From positions 715,762 through 779,761 of the forward strand of contig JAPWJZ010000008.1 in assembly GCA_028283745.1 (NCBI GenBank): DNA of 64,000 nt, given 5' to 3'. Below the pieces are notes generated by a model. That model ran no database searches. It was given only the letters and a program-made list of their open reading frames with translations, and had not been told where the DNA came from. This DNA is from Micavibrio sp. (GTDB lineage: Bacteria; Pseudomonadota; Alphaproteobacteria; Micavibrionales; UBA2020). The translations under genes and the position numbers were made by a program. Each line of letters starts with the position of its first letter. Positions within the stretch are counted from its first letter, which is position 1. Of this stretch, positions 55,870 to 64,000 are shown piece after piece.

Positions 55870-55955
55870 GCAGGCGTGGCGGAACGGTATACGCAGCAGA
55901 CTTAAAATCTGCGGGGCGCAAGCCCGTGGGGGTTCAAGTCCCCCCGCCTGCACCA
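55870..55955 (+). tRNA. tRNA-Leu (anticodon UAA)
   Basis: Folded by hand. Acceptor GCAGGCG/CGCCTGC, D-arm GCGGAACGGTATACGC, anticodon stem GCAGA/TCTGC with loop CTTAAAA, long variable arm GGGCGCAAGCCCGT, T-arm GGGGGTTCAAGTCCCCC, encoded CCA. Confidence 0.95.
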
Positions 55956-55987
55956 TTTTTTCAGTTTATTTATTTTGAAACTCAACA

Positions 55988-56256
55988 ATGACAATAGCGC
56001 ACCAGCTATTGAAAAAAATTGATCCTGTAAAGGCGCTAAATCAAAAAAAATCGAAAATCCGTTCAAGGAGGGGAATGGCAGGGTTCAACGCGAGCTTATC
56101 AATCTTCTGGCGGGGCCGCTGGGATTGATTGTAAAATGGGAAAACGCTGCTGCGGAGAAGATATTGCAAAGCACCAAAAGCTCTTTCTTCGGCCAGATGG
56201 AACCTCTGACGGCTTTAATAAAGTCAAACTTGATTGTGTTAAAACCTAAACGCTAA
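55988..56256 (+). pseudogene. Decayed Fic-domain gene remnant (truncated, frameshifted at an A8 tract, His-to-Asn in the Fic motif)
   Basis: The frame from 56023 to TAA 56254-56256 reads ...KKIENPFKEGNGRVQRELINLLAGPLGLIVKWEN..., matching the Fic motif HPFxEGNGRxxR except H>N. It has no start codon. ATG 55988 (MTIAHQLLKKIDPVKALNQKK) lies in another frame and meets it at A8 (56043-56050). Confidence 0.6.
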
Positions 56257-56356
56257 CTATTACCCTTACTGGTAGCTATTAGAGCGGATAGATTTACATC
56301 TATAACTAGGTTTGGATTTTTTGCAATCTGCCTTAATTCTTGAAAACGAATAATTT

Positions 56357-57013
56357 TCAAGATACAAGCAATCCACCTAGAATTGTTTCGGCGTGTTGCT
56401 CGGAAAGTCGTTTGAGGTCTGGTATTGTAGCGTCAGTACCTTTGAATACTTCTCTGAACAATAAAGCCGCCATCATCGGCCCCATAATCGAAAACGCGTA
56501 AAGATTTGCGTCACCGGGTTTAATTTCGCCGCGTTTTTGCGCGCGCATTATTGCGGCGGTTACTATTCCAAAAATCTTGGATGCAACTTCGTCATGCCAG
56601 ACAGCGGCAAGGTCCGGAAATGCCCGGGACTCTGTGATGATCATCCGCGCGATGCCCGGTATGCCGCTTTCGCCGGCAAGGGCGGCGCGGGATAAAAGCA
56701 AGGGGATTAATTCCTTTAAGGGACGGTCGAAATCCGCCGGTTTTTGTTGCAGCTTGCCGAAGTTACTGGCGAGGGCGTGCTTTGCAACCGCGCGGAATAA
56801 TTCATTCTTGCTGGCAAAATAAACGAACAGCGTACCCTTGGCGACACCCGCACGCTTGGCAACATCCTCGATTTTCGTTGCGCCAAAGCCTTGCTCGGCA
56901 AAAAGCTCTAATGCGGCGGCGACAATTTCCCCGGGGCGCGCGTCTTTGCGACGCTGGCGGGGTTTTGGCGTGCGTGATTTTGAAGATGATCTGGCGGCGC
57001 TCGTTTTCGTCAT
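56357..57013 (-). CDS. TetR/AcrR-family transcriptional regulator
   Basis: ATG 57013 (the track ORF extends to 57124 across the operator). HTH region IVAAALELFAEQGFGATKIEDVAKRAGVAKGTLFVYFASKNELF. Divergent from the efflux operon. Confidence 0.88.
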   Translation of the reverse strand: MTKTSAARSSSKSRTPKPRQRRKDARPGEIVAAALELFAEQGFGATKIEDVAKRAGVAKGTLFVYFASKNELFRAVAKHALASNFGKLQQKPADFDRPLKELIPLLLSRAALAGESGIPGIARMIITESRAFPDLAAVWHDEVASKIFGIVTAAIMRAQKRGEIKPGDANLYAFSIMGPMMAALLFREVFKGTDATIPDLKRLSEQHAETILGGLLVS

Positions 57014-57018
57014 ATTAT

Positions 57019-57064
57019 ATATCATCTTCCCTATTGACCGGCCGGTCAATAGGGAAGATGATAT
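57019..57064. promoter_or_regulatory. 46-bp perfect palindrome, candidate TetR operator in the divergent promoter region
   Basis: atatcatcttccctattgaccgg|ccggtcaatagggaagatgatat, checked base by base. It sits 6 nt from the tetR ATG and 5 nt from the efflux OMF ATG. Confidence 0.7.
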
Positions 57065-57068
57065 TGGA

Positions 57069-58550
57069 ATGAAAAGATCGAAAGCCGGATTCATTCTTCC
57101 ATTTCTCATGCTTGCCGCATGCACTGTGGGGCCAACCTATAAAGCGCCGGATATTGGCCTGCCTGCCACATTCAGCGCGAGCGACGCTGCCAGCGGAGAT
57201 ATGAGCCAGTGGTGGAAAGCATTTAAAGACCCTGAGCTGGATGACTTGATTGACCGCGCGCAAAGTGGAAATCTTGACGTACAGCAGGCTGTCGCGCGCA
57301 TCGCGCAGGCCCGCGCACAGGAACAAGCCACCCGTGCGGATGGCGGCCCTTCACTGTCTGTCAGTGCCCAAGAAAGTGAATCCAAGCTCAGCAAAAATTC
57401 ACTGCCCTCGGCCCTTGCCAATCTTGGAGGCGGCGGCGGGGGAGGCGGTGGCGGTGCTGGCATTGGCCTTGCGGGGGAGCATTTCAAGACCTACCAGACC
57501 GGCTTCGATGCATCATGGGAGATTGACCTTTTTGGGGGGCAACGCCGGGCGAATGAAGCAGCGGCGGCGCGGACGGATGCCGCACTATGGTCGCAGCGCG
57601 ATGCCGCCGTCATTCTATGCGCCGAGGTGGCCAAGAATTATCAGCAATACCGCACATTGCAGCGTCGCATTAAAATTACCGACGAGACACTGGCGGCAAG
57701 CCGTGAACAACTGGATGTTGTTAAAGTCAGGGCCATAAATGGGCTTGTCACAACGCTGGATGAACGCCGTCAGCAAGCCGATATAGGCCAGATCGCCGCC
57801 GAACGCGAAGACCTGATAGCGCAGGCCGACACGCGTGTGCATGCTCTTGGCACACTTCTCGGGCTCCCGCCAACCGCACTCGAGGTAGAGCTTTCAAAGC
57901 CTTCCGTACATGCCGCGAAATATATCAACGTGCCGCTGGGCTTGCCTTCGGAACTTCTGCAGCGCCGCCCGGACATTCGCGCGGCGGAACGTAAACTGGC
58001 GGCATCTTCTGCGGATATCGGCGTTGCAACGGCGGACTTATATCCGAAGTTCAGCCTGACGGGTGCTTTGCAACTGGCATCCCGGTCGCTTTCCACGCTG
58101 GTCGAAAGCGACAGTATCTCAGCCAACGGCGCTGGCAATATTTCATTGCCGCTGTTGGGCCGTGATGCAAGTCATGCAAATGTGCGCCTGCGTGAAGCGC
58201 AAAATCAGGAAGCGCTGCTGGCGTATCAGGCGAGTGTTCTGACAGCGTTAAAAGACGTCGAAGATGCCTTGACGCGACTGGGCGCAGACCGGCGGCGCAT
58301 TGACCGCCTGCGGACGACGGAGCGCGCAGCCAAGGACGCAGCAGACACGACGGGCGTGCGTTACCGCCACGGGTTGATTGGCTATATCGAGGTTCTTGAC
58401 TCTAACCGCACGCATCTGACGGCACGCGAGGCTTTGGCTGGAGCAGAAGGCGATGCGGCGCAGGACCTGATTGCCTTTTATAAGGCCCTTGGCGGCGGAT
58501 GGGGTGAAACGAATGCTGATAAAGGAGTCGCACGTGGCAAAGGAAAATAA
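57069..58550 (+). CDS. Efflux transporter outer membrane factor lipoprotein, NodT family
   Basis: ATG 57069 gives MKRSKAGFILPFLMLAAC (lipobox). GPTYKAPD, RPDIRAAERKLAASSADIGVATADLYPKFSLTG, LIAFYKALGGGW. Confidence 0.88.
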   Translation: MKRSKAGFILPFLMLAACTVGPTYKAPDIGLPATFSASDAASGDMSQWWKAFKDPELDDLIDRAQSGNLDVQQAVARIAQARAQEQATRADGGPSLSVSAQESESKLSKNSLPSALANLGGGGGGGGGGAGIGLAGEHFKTYQTGFDASWEIDLFGGQRRANEAAAARTDAALWSQRDAAVILCAEVAKNYQQYRTLQRRIKITDETLAASREQLDVVKVRAINGLVTTLDERRQQADIGQIAAEREDLIAQADTRVHALGTLLGLPPTALEVELSKPSVHAAKYINVPLGLPSELLQRRPDIRAAERKLAASSADIGVATADLYPKFSLTGALQLASRSLSTLVESDSISANGAGNISLPLLGRDASHANVRLREAQNQEALLAYQASVLTALKDVEDALTRLGADRRRIDRLRTTERAAKDAADTTGVRYRHGLIGYIEVLDSNRTHLTAREALAGAEGDAAQDLIAFYKALGGGWGETNADKGVARGKGK

Positions 58551-59538
58551 AGCACCGCAAAAAGAATCAAAGTTTCCGGTGCGTATTGCGGTGATCGCTG
58601 GCGTGTTGCTGCTGGTAGGGGCCGGCGGCTGGATTTATTTTTCCAAGCATAATGACAGCCTGCCACAGGTATTTACCGGCTATGTCATTAGTGACGACAT
58701 CTACATGTCTTCCCCCATTGCTGGCACGCTGACCAGTGTCGCGGTACATCGCGGGCAACGCGTGACGGCGGGGGATGCGCTGTTCAAGGTGGATCCAACG
58801 GTTCGCTCTGCGGAAGCAGATCAAGCCCGTGCTGTCATCACCGCCAGTGAGGCGCAGGTTGAACAGCAGCGTTCTGCATTTGAAAAGTCCCGCGCCGACC
58901 TTGCGGCAGCTGAGGCAGACACGGCGCGTTACGCCGCCCAGTTGCAACGGATGACCGCTGCGCAAAACGAAAAGAAAGGTGCCGTAGCGCAGCTTGACAT
59001 TGACGAGGCGCAGGCCGCTTACGATAACGCTGCCCGCAAAAGTGACTCAGCGCGCACGCAAGTCGAGGCGGCAACCGCCGCCGTGAACGCCGCCAAAGCG
59101 CAACTGGCACAGTCGCAGGCTGGTCTGACGACGGCACAGCGTCAGCTGGATGATTTGTCTCCGCCATCGCCCAGCGCGGGCAGGGTGGAAGACGTCATGT
59201 TCAAGCCCGGTGAAAGTGTGCCAGCCAATTCACCAATCGTTTCCATTGTGCCCGATGGGCAGGTGAAGGTGCGGTTTTATATTCCGCAGTCGCTGGTTAA
59301 CGAATATAAACCGGGCCGCAAGGTATCGATTTCTTGCGACGGCTGCGCTGCCGCCATGACGGCAGAGGTTGAATTTATTGCGAATGCACCCGAATATACA
59401 CCACCGGTTATTTACAGCCTGGATGCCCGCCAGAAACTTGTTTTTCTCGTGGAAGCCTTGCCGTCTGACCCGCTAGCCCTTGTCCCCGGACAGCCCATTG
59501 ATGTGACGCCGGATGCGGAAGGCCAGTCGAAAAAATGA
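58534..59538 (+). CDS. HlyD-family efflux periplasmic adaptor (YbhG-like)
   Basis: GTG 58534 has an AAAGGAG RBS 6 nt upstream (alternative ATG 58513). TM IAVIAGVLLLVGAGGWIYF, lipoyl-like GTLTSVAVHRGQRVTAGDALFKVD, coiled-coil, C-terminal EYTPPVIYS. Confidence 0.85.
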   Translation: MAKENKAPQKESKFPVRIAVIAGVLLLVGAGGWIYFSKHNDSLPQVFTGYVISDDIYMSSPIAGTLTSVAVHRGQRVTAGDALFKVDPTVRSAEADQARAVITASEAQVEQQRSAFEKSRADLAAAEADTARYAAQLQRMTAAQNEKKGAVAQLDIDEAQAAYDNAARKSDSARTQVEAATAAVNAAKAQLAQSQAGLTTAQRQLDDLSPPSPSAGRVEDVMFKPGESVPANSPIVSIVPDGQVKVRFYIPQSLVNEYKPGRKVSISCDGCAAAMTAEVEFIANAPEYTPPVIYSLDARQKLVFLVEALPSDPLALVPGQPIDVTPDAEGQSKK

Positions 59539-60458
59539 CTGCCGCAATCGACGTTAAACATCTCAATAAAAGTTTTGGCGATAAACAGGTCGTCCGCGAT
59601 GTTTCCATTCGCGTCGAAGAAGGCCGCATTACGGGATTTCTAGGCCCGAACGGTGCGGGTAAAACAACAACGCTGCGGCTTATCTGCGGCCTGTTGACAC
59701 CGGATAGCGGTGAAGGCGAAGTGCTGGGAATGGACTTCCGCACACAGACTGATGCTATCAAGCGCCAGACCGGGTATATGACGCAGCGCTTTTCTCTTTA
59801 TGAAGATATGACGATTGAGGAAAACCTTGCTTTTATCGCCCGTGTCTATGAACTCGACGATAGGCAGGGGCGTGTCGATAAGGCGCTTGAGCGTCTTGGT
59901 CTGCAGGACCGGCGCGGGCAGCTGGCGGGCGCACTCTCCGGCGGATGGAAACAGCGTCTTGCGCTGGCGGCAGCCACGCTGCACGGACCGAAGCTGCTTC
60001 TGCTGGATGAACCAACCGCCGGGGTTGACCCAAAGGCCCGGCGTGAATTCTGGGACGAGATTCATACGCTTGCCGAAGGCGGCCTGACTGTACTCGTTTC
60101 GACGCATTATATGGACGAGGCGGAGCGATGCCATGATATCGGTTATATTTTGCATGGAAAGCTGATTGCGCGCGGCACCGCACAGGAGATTATTTCAAAA
60201 TCCGGCCTTGTCACGTTCAATGGCAAGGGGCCGGACATTGGCAAAGTCGCGCATGAGCTGGATAGCAAGGAAGGCGTGCTTAGCGCCTCCGCTTTTGGCG
60301 CTGCCGTGCATATCAGTGGCACCGAAAAAGCGGCACTGGAACAAGCCATTCAACCCTACCGCCACGCGCCATATGAATGGACGGAAGTCACGCCCTCGCT
60401 GGAGGATGTGTTTATCCAGCTGATGGGCCGCACAACGGATGATCGGTACGCCTCCTGA
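59535..60458 (+). CDS. ABC transporter ATP-binding protein (ABC-2/YbhF-like)
   Basis: Walker A GPNGAGKTT, signature LSGGWKQR, Walker B LLLLDEPTAGVD. The ATG overlaps the upstream stop (ATGA). Confidence 0.9.
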   Translation: MTAAIDVKHLNKSFGDKQVVRDVSIRVEEGRITGFLGPNGAGKTTTLRLICGLLTPDSGEGEVLGMDFRTQTDAIKRQTGYMTQRFSLYEDMTIEENLAFIARVYELDDRQGRVDKALERLGLQDRRGQLAGALSGGWKQRLALAAATLHGPKLLLLDEPTAGVDPKARREFWDEIHTLAEGGLTVLVSTHYMDEAERCHDIGYILHGKLIARGTAQEIISKSGLVTFNGKGPDIGKVAHELDSKEGVLSASAFGAAVHISGTEKAALEQAIQPYRHAPYEWTEVTPSLEDVFIQLMGRTTDDRYAS

Positions 60459-61597
60459 TGAAGAACATTTCGTTTACCCGCATCTCCGCTGTCATGGTCA
60501 AGGAATTTACGCAGTTGCGCCGCGACCGCATAACCTATGCCATGATCCTTGTCATGCCGCTAATGCAGTTGCTGCTGTTCGGTTATGCGATTAACACGGA
60601 TCCGCGACATCTGCCCGCAGCGGTTATTTCACACGACCATAGCAGCATCGCCAATGCCGTCGTCGCGACGCTGGAGAGGACAACTTATGTAGACGTGAAA
60701 TACCTGCCGACTTCAGAAACCGAGATGGATAGCCTGATGCGGCGCGGCAAGATACTTCTGGCGCTTACCATTCCGCCGGATTTCACGCAGCGGGTGTTGA
60801 AGGGCGACCGCGCGCAGATTTTGGCGGAGGTCGATGCCAGCGACCCCACAGCCGCAGGCGGGGTTGCCGCAGCGGTTGCTGCACTGCCGGGCGAGGCGCT
60901 CAAGAATTCATTAAAAGGCGCTGGCGCGCGGGAAGGGGGCAGCCCGCTTTTCGAGGTTGTGATGCACAGGCTCTATAACCCTGAACAAATTACCTCCTAC
61001 AACATTGTACCGGGCTTGCTGGCGCTCATATTGTCAATGACATTGGTGATGATGACGGCTATGGCCGTCACGCGCGAAGTCGAACGCGGCACCATGGAAA
61101 GCCTGCTTTCAACGCCCGCGACATCTTTCGAGGTGATGGTGGGAAAGCTGCTGCCCTATGTCGCGGTAGGCATCATGCAGACCCTCGTCGTTCTTACCCT
61201 TGCGCGTATTCTGTTTTCCATCCCGCTTGCCCACACGAGTGCAGGATGGTTTGCATTGGCAGTCGGCATCGTGCTTTTTATTACTAGCAATCTTGCGCTT
61301 GGCTATCTCGTCTCGACAGTGGTTCGCAGCCAGTTACAAGCCATGCAGATATCGATGTTCTATATGATGCCTTCAATGTTTCTATCCGGCTTCATGTTCC
61401 CGTTTGCGGGTCTCCCTCGGTGGGCTCAGGTAATAGGCGAAGTTATTCCCATCACTCATTTTCTGCGCATCATCCGTGGCTCATTATTAAAGGATCAAGT
61501 ACTTTCCGATATGAGGCCGGATTTGCTGGCGCTCGGCGCATTCCTAATCGTGGTGGCCGTGTTAACAGTCGCCCGCTCGCGGACGACTTTGGATTAA
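60458..61597 (+). CDS. ABC-2-type transporter permease (YbhS/YhhJ-like)
   Basis: 379 aa. N-terminal TM, a large periplasmic loop, then five TM. TGATG coupling to the ATPase gene. Confidence 0.88.
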   Translation: MKNISFTRISAVMVKEFTQLRRDRITYAMILVMPLMQLLLFGYAINTDPRHLPAAVISHDHSSIANAVVATLERTTYVDVKYLPTSETEMDSLMRRGKILLALTIPPDFTQRVLKGDRAQILAEVDASDPTAAGGVAAAVAALPGEALKNSLKGAGAREGGSPLFEVVMHRLYNPEQITSYNIVPGLLALILSMTLVMMTAMAVTREVERGTMESLLSTPATSFEVMVGKLLPYVAVGIMQTLVVLTLARILFSIPLAHTSAGWFALAVGIVLFITSNLALGYLVSTVVRSQLQAMQISMFYMMPSMFLSGFMFPFAGLPRWAQVIGEVIPITHFLRIIRGSLLKDQVLSDMRPDLLALGAFLIVVAVLTVARSRTTLD

Positions 61598-61953
61598 GTC
61601 AAAAACTAGTGGTGGGCTAATAAGCCAAAAAATCTATGGACACCTAATTTTCGAAAACAGGGATGTAAAATTAATCGTCCAATCAGAAATTATGGGCGTA
61701 TTTTTAACACGTTTTTTAGCACATGCTTTATTCGGAGTTTATAACTTACATTAATTACAGTAAGTTAGTGCATGTCGCGCTAGACTCAAAAGCTGGTGTC
61801 GAAAGTTGCGCAGGTTTGGCTCCTGCGAGGCACACGATTTTTATAACCCTGAAATTTCAACGCTGCACCAAGCTCGGTTATTCAATCGGGCTTATTTTTT
61901 TGTCGTATATAGAGTGCCTTTGTTTTGGTTTAGTCAGGGCAGCTAGACCATAT

Positions 61954-61992
61954 TGACTTTCATTATGAAAGTTACTATAATTATGAAAGTCA
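61954..61992. promoter_or_regulatory. Three ATGAAAGTYA half-sites (one inverted) upstream of the SDR gene
   Basis: TGACTTTCATtATGAAAGTTA (61954-61974) is followed by ATGAAAGTCA (61983-61992), 35 nt before ATG 62027, inside an AT-rich spacer. Confidence 0.3.
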
Positions 61993-62026
61993 CTCATCAT
62001 AAACACAAAGAACCAAGGAAGATACG

Positions 62027-62743
62027 ATGAAACTTGATAATAAAGTCATTCTGATTACCGGCGCGAGCCGCGGTATTGGCAAAGAAACCGTTGAAGCGGC
62101 CTTGAAATTGAACGTAAAAAAGATTTACGCAGCGGCACGGAATATTGCCCAGCTTCCGGATTTCAAAGACATTCGGGTTGTTCCTGTAACTCTGGATATT
62201 ACGAATGCTGAACAAATCAGCGCCGCCGCCAAGCTGGCCTCGGATGTTGATGTCCTGATTAATAATGCCGGCGTACTTTCAGCCGGCAGCGTTTTGACCT
62301 CCTCCACAGAGGCGTTGCTGGAAGATCTCACGGTAAATTATATCGGAACCCTCATGGTATCCCGTGCATTCCAGCCTGTTCTCAAGGCGAATGGCGGCGG
62401 TGCTATCGTCAGCGTCAGCTCAATTCTGGGTAAAGCCAGCATTGCCGCGATGGGCGGTTATTGCGCGTCCAAAGCTGCTCTGTTTTCAGCTATCCAGTCC
62501 ATGCGAACGGAGCTGAAATCCCAAGGTACTGCCGTGTTTGGTGTCTTTCCTGGCCCGACGGAGACAGACATGACAAAAGGCCTCTCGATGCCGAAAGCGA
62601 AGGCCTCGGACACGGCTGCGAATATCCTCAAAGGTATTGAGGCTGGTGATGAAGATATATATCCGGATGAAACCTCTGCTCAGCTGGCACAGCTCTGGTC
62701 GAGCAACCCCAAGCAGCTTGAGCGTGAGTTTGCCAAGTTCTAA
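62027..62743 (+). CDS. Short-chain dehydrogenase/reductase (SDR) family oxidoreductase
   Basis: 238 aa. TGASRGIG, NNAG, catalytic YCASKAAL. Confidence 0.88.
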   Translation: MKLDNKVILITGASRGIGKETVEAALKLNVKKIYAAARNIAQLPDFKDIRVVPVTLDITNAEQISAAAKLASDVDVLINNAGVLSAGSVLTSSTEALLEDLTVNYIGTLMVSRAFQPVLKANGGGAIVSVSSILGKASIAAMGGYCASKAALFSAIQSMRTELKSQGTAVFGVFPGPTETDMTKGLSMPKAKASDTAANILKGIEAGDEDIYPDETSAQLAQLWSSNPKQLEREFAKF

Positions 62744-62759
62744 GCATTGAGAGGTCAAA

Positions 62760-63948
62760 ATGTTTACGTCTGAAGTGCTTCTCGCGGCTCCGGTCAGAAC
62801 CGCCATCGGGGCATATAATGGGAGCTTTAAGCAAACGCCAGTGGTTGAACTAGGCGCGGCCGTCATTCGTGAGACGGTTCGCCGCGCTGGCATTGACGTT
62901 GCCGCGATTGGCGGCGTTGTTATGGGGAACGTCATTCAGGCGGGAAACAAAATGAACCCAGCCCGGCAGGCCGCAATTCACGGAGGCCTCAGTGTCGACA
63001 CCCCTGCACTGACCGTTAACCGTGTTTGCGGGTCTGGCGCTCAAGCCATCGTTAGCGCCGCGCAGGATGTCGCTTTAGGTGCCACCCATGCCGCTGTAGC
63101 TGGCGGCATGGAAAATATGGATCTTGCGCCTTATCTGATGGCAGGTGGCCGCTGGGGCTACCGCATGGGTGATGCGTACATTTACGACAGTATGCTGCGG
63201 GACGGGCTGCACGATGCTTTCTCGGATAAACATTCTGGCTGGCATACGGAAGACCTGATCTCTCAATACGCAATCAGCCGAGAGCTGCAGGATAACTGGG
63301 CGTTTAGGTCGCAGCAACGCTTCGCGCGAGCGCAAGAAAATGGTGATTTCACAAGTGAAATCGTCGCGGTAAATGTCCCTGCAAAGACCGGTGCTACCGT
63401 TTTTGATAAGGATGAAGCGAACCGCCCCGATACTTCTCTGGATAAGCTTACGAAGCTTAAGGCAGTGTTTCGTCAGGACGGCACGCTGACGGCGGGAAAC
63501 TCTCCCGGGCTTAATAGTGGGGCAGCATCTTTACTCGTGATGACCCGCAAATTTGCGAATGAGTATAGCGTGAAGCCGCTCGCCCGGCTGAAGGCCTATG
63601 CAGTGAGTGCTGTCGCGCCAGAGCTATTCGGTATTGCCCCAGCACCCGCGATCAGATCTGTTCTGGAGAGGGCGGGCTGGAAATTATCCGAAGTCGAACG
63701 ATTTGAAATCAACGAAGCTTATGCGGCGGTTCCGCTTGCGGTCATGAAGGAGCTAATGACTGCCGGATGAAAATGTGAACGTCTACGGCGGCGCTGTGGC
63801 ACATGGGCATCCTATCGGTGCGACTGGCGCTGTGCTGACGACTCGTTTAATTTATTCCATGCAGAGGGACGGTTTGAGCCGTGGCATTGTTAGCCTTTGC
63901 ATCGGCGGTGGTCAGGGGATTGCGCTGGCCATCGAGATTCTGAAATAA
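62760..63948 (+). pseudogene. Acetyl-CoA acetyltransferase (thiolase) interrupted by a frameshift near 63755-63762
   Basis: Frame 1 (62760-63770) carries VNRVCGSGAQAI and ends ...[22 protein letters not shown]. The conserved C-terminus [26 protein letters not shown]...CIGGGQGIA continues in another frame from 63760 to TAA 63946-63948. Confidence 0.8.
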
Positions 63949-63962
63949 CAGGAGCAATAAAT

Positions 63963-64000
63963 ATGGAAAAAAAACGTTGTGCAACAATCCATTGCTCTAT
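63963..64000 (+). CDS. 5' end of a further gene (partial, runs off the window)
   Basis: ATG 63963 lies 8 nt after AGGAG (63951-63955); reads MEKKRCATIHCS... Unidentifiable. Confidence 0.3.
   Translation, partial: MEKKRCATIHCS

Noticed and set aside
61863-61870. ctgcacca, identical to the last 8 nt of tRNA-Leu, as a possible attR marking an island from 55956 to about 61870.
   Set aside because: Only 8 nt match (the next bases differ). A match of that length is plausible by chance in several kb, and there is no integrase.

Overview
This is a GC-rich, strongly GC3-biased bacterial chromosomal segment. Gene content and order look alphaproteobacterial (cpa/tad-type pilus locus, long-form icd, atpGDC); that is inference, not a database result.

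Layout, 5' to 3':
1. Tail of the F1 ATP synthase operon (atpG, atpD, atpC).
2. A convergent array of four translationally coupled, paralogous ~215-aa degenerate AAA+-like genes. All four end in the same basic LKPxRF tail. A Cys-rich four-helix-bundle-type gene lies upstream on the same strand. This array is my best candidate for an undescribed system.
3. gabD.
4. A membrane-anchored protein-kinase-like protein that lacks the catalytic residues, coupled to a small 4-TM protein.
5. A complete Tad/Cpa type IVc pilus locus: two TadE-like genes, a TadG-like vWA protein, two Flp pilins, cpaA-F, tadB, tadC, and a divergent TadD-like TPR lipoprotein plus a pilus-N-domain protein. Several of these genes carry unusual low-complexity extensions.
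6. A 2858-aa repeat-built RTX/T1SS adhesin followed by its TolC / ABC / HlyD exporter.
7. A housekeeping block: amtB, etfBA, two cyclophilins, yggT, folD, icd, deoA, cdd, pgsA, uvrC.
8. tRNA-Leu(UAA), followed by a visibly more AT-rich accessory region. It holds a decayed Fic-domain remnant, a TetR-controlled NodT/HlyD/ABC-2 efflux operon with a 46-bp perfect palindromic operator, an SDR gene and a frameshifted thiolase.

Many long ORFs in the track are antisense shadows of GC-rich genes and were rejected. All functional calls rest on motif recognition by eye, with no searches run.
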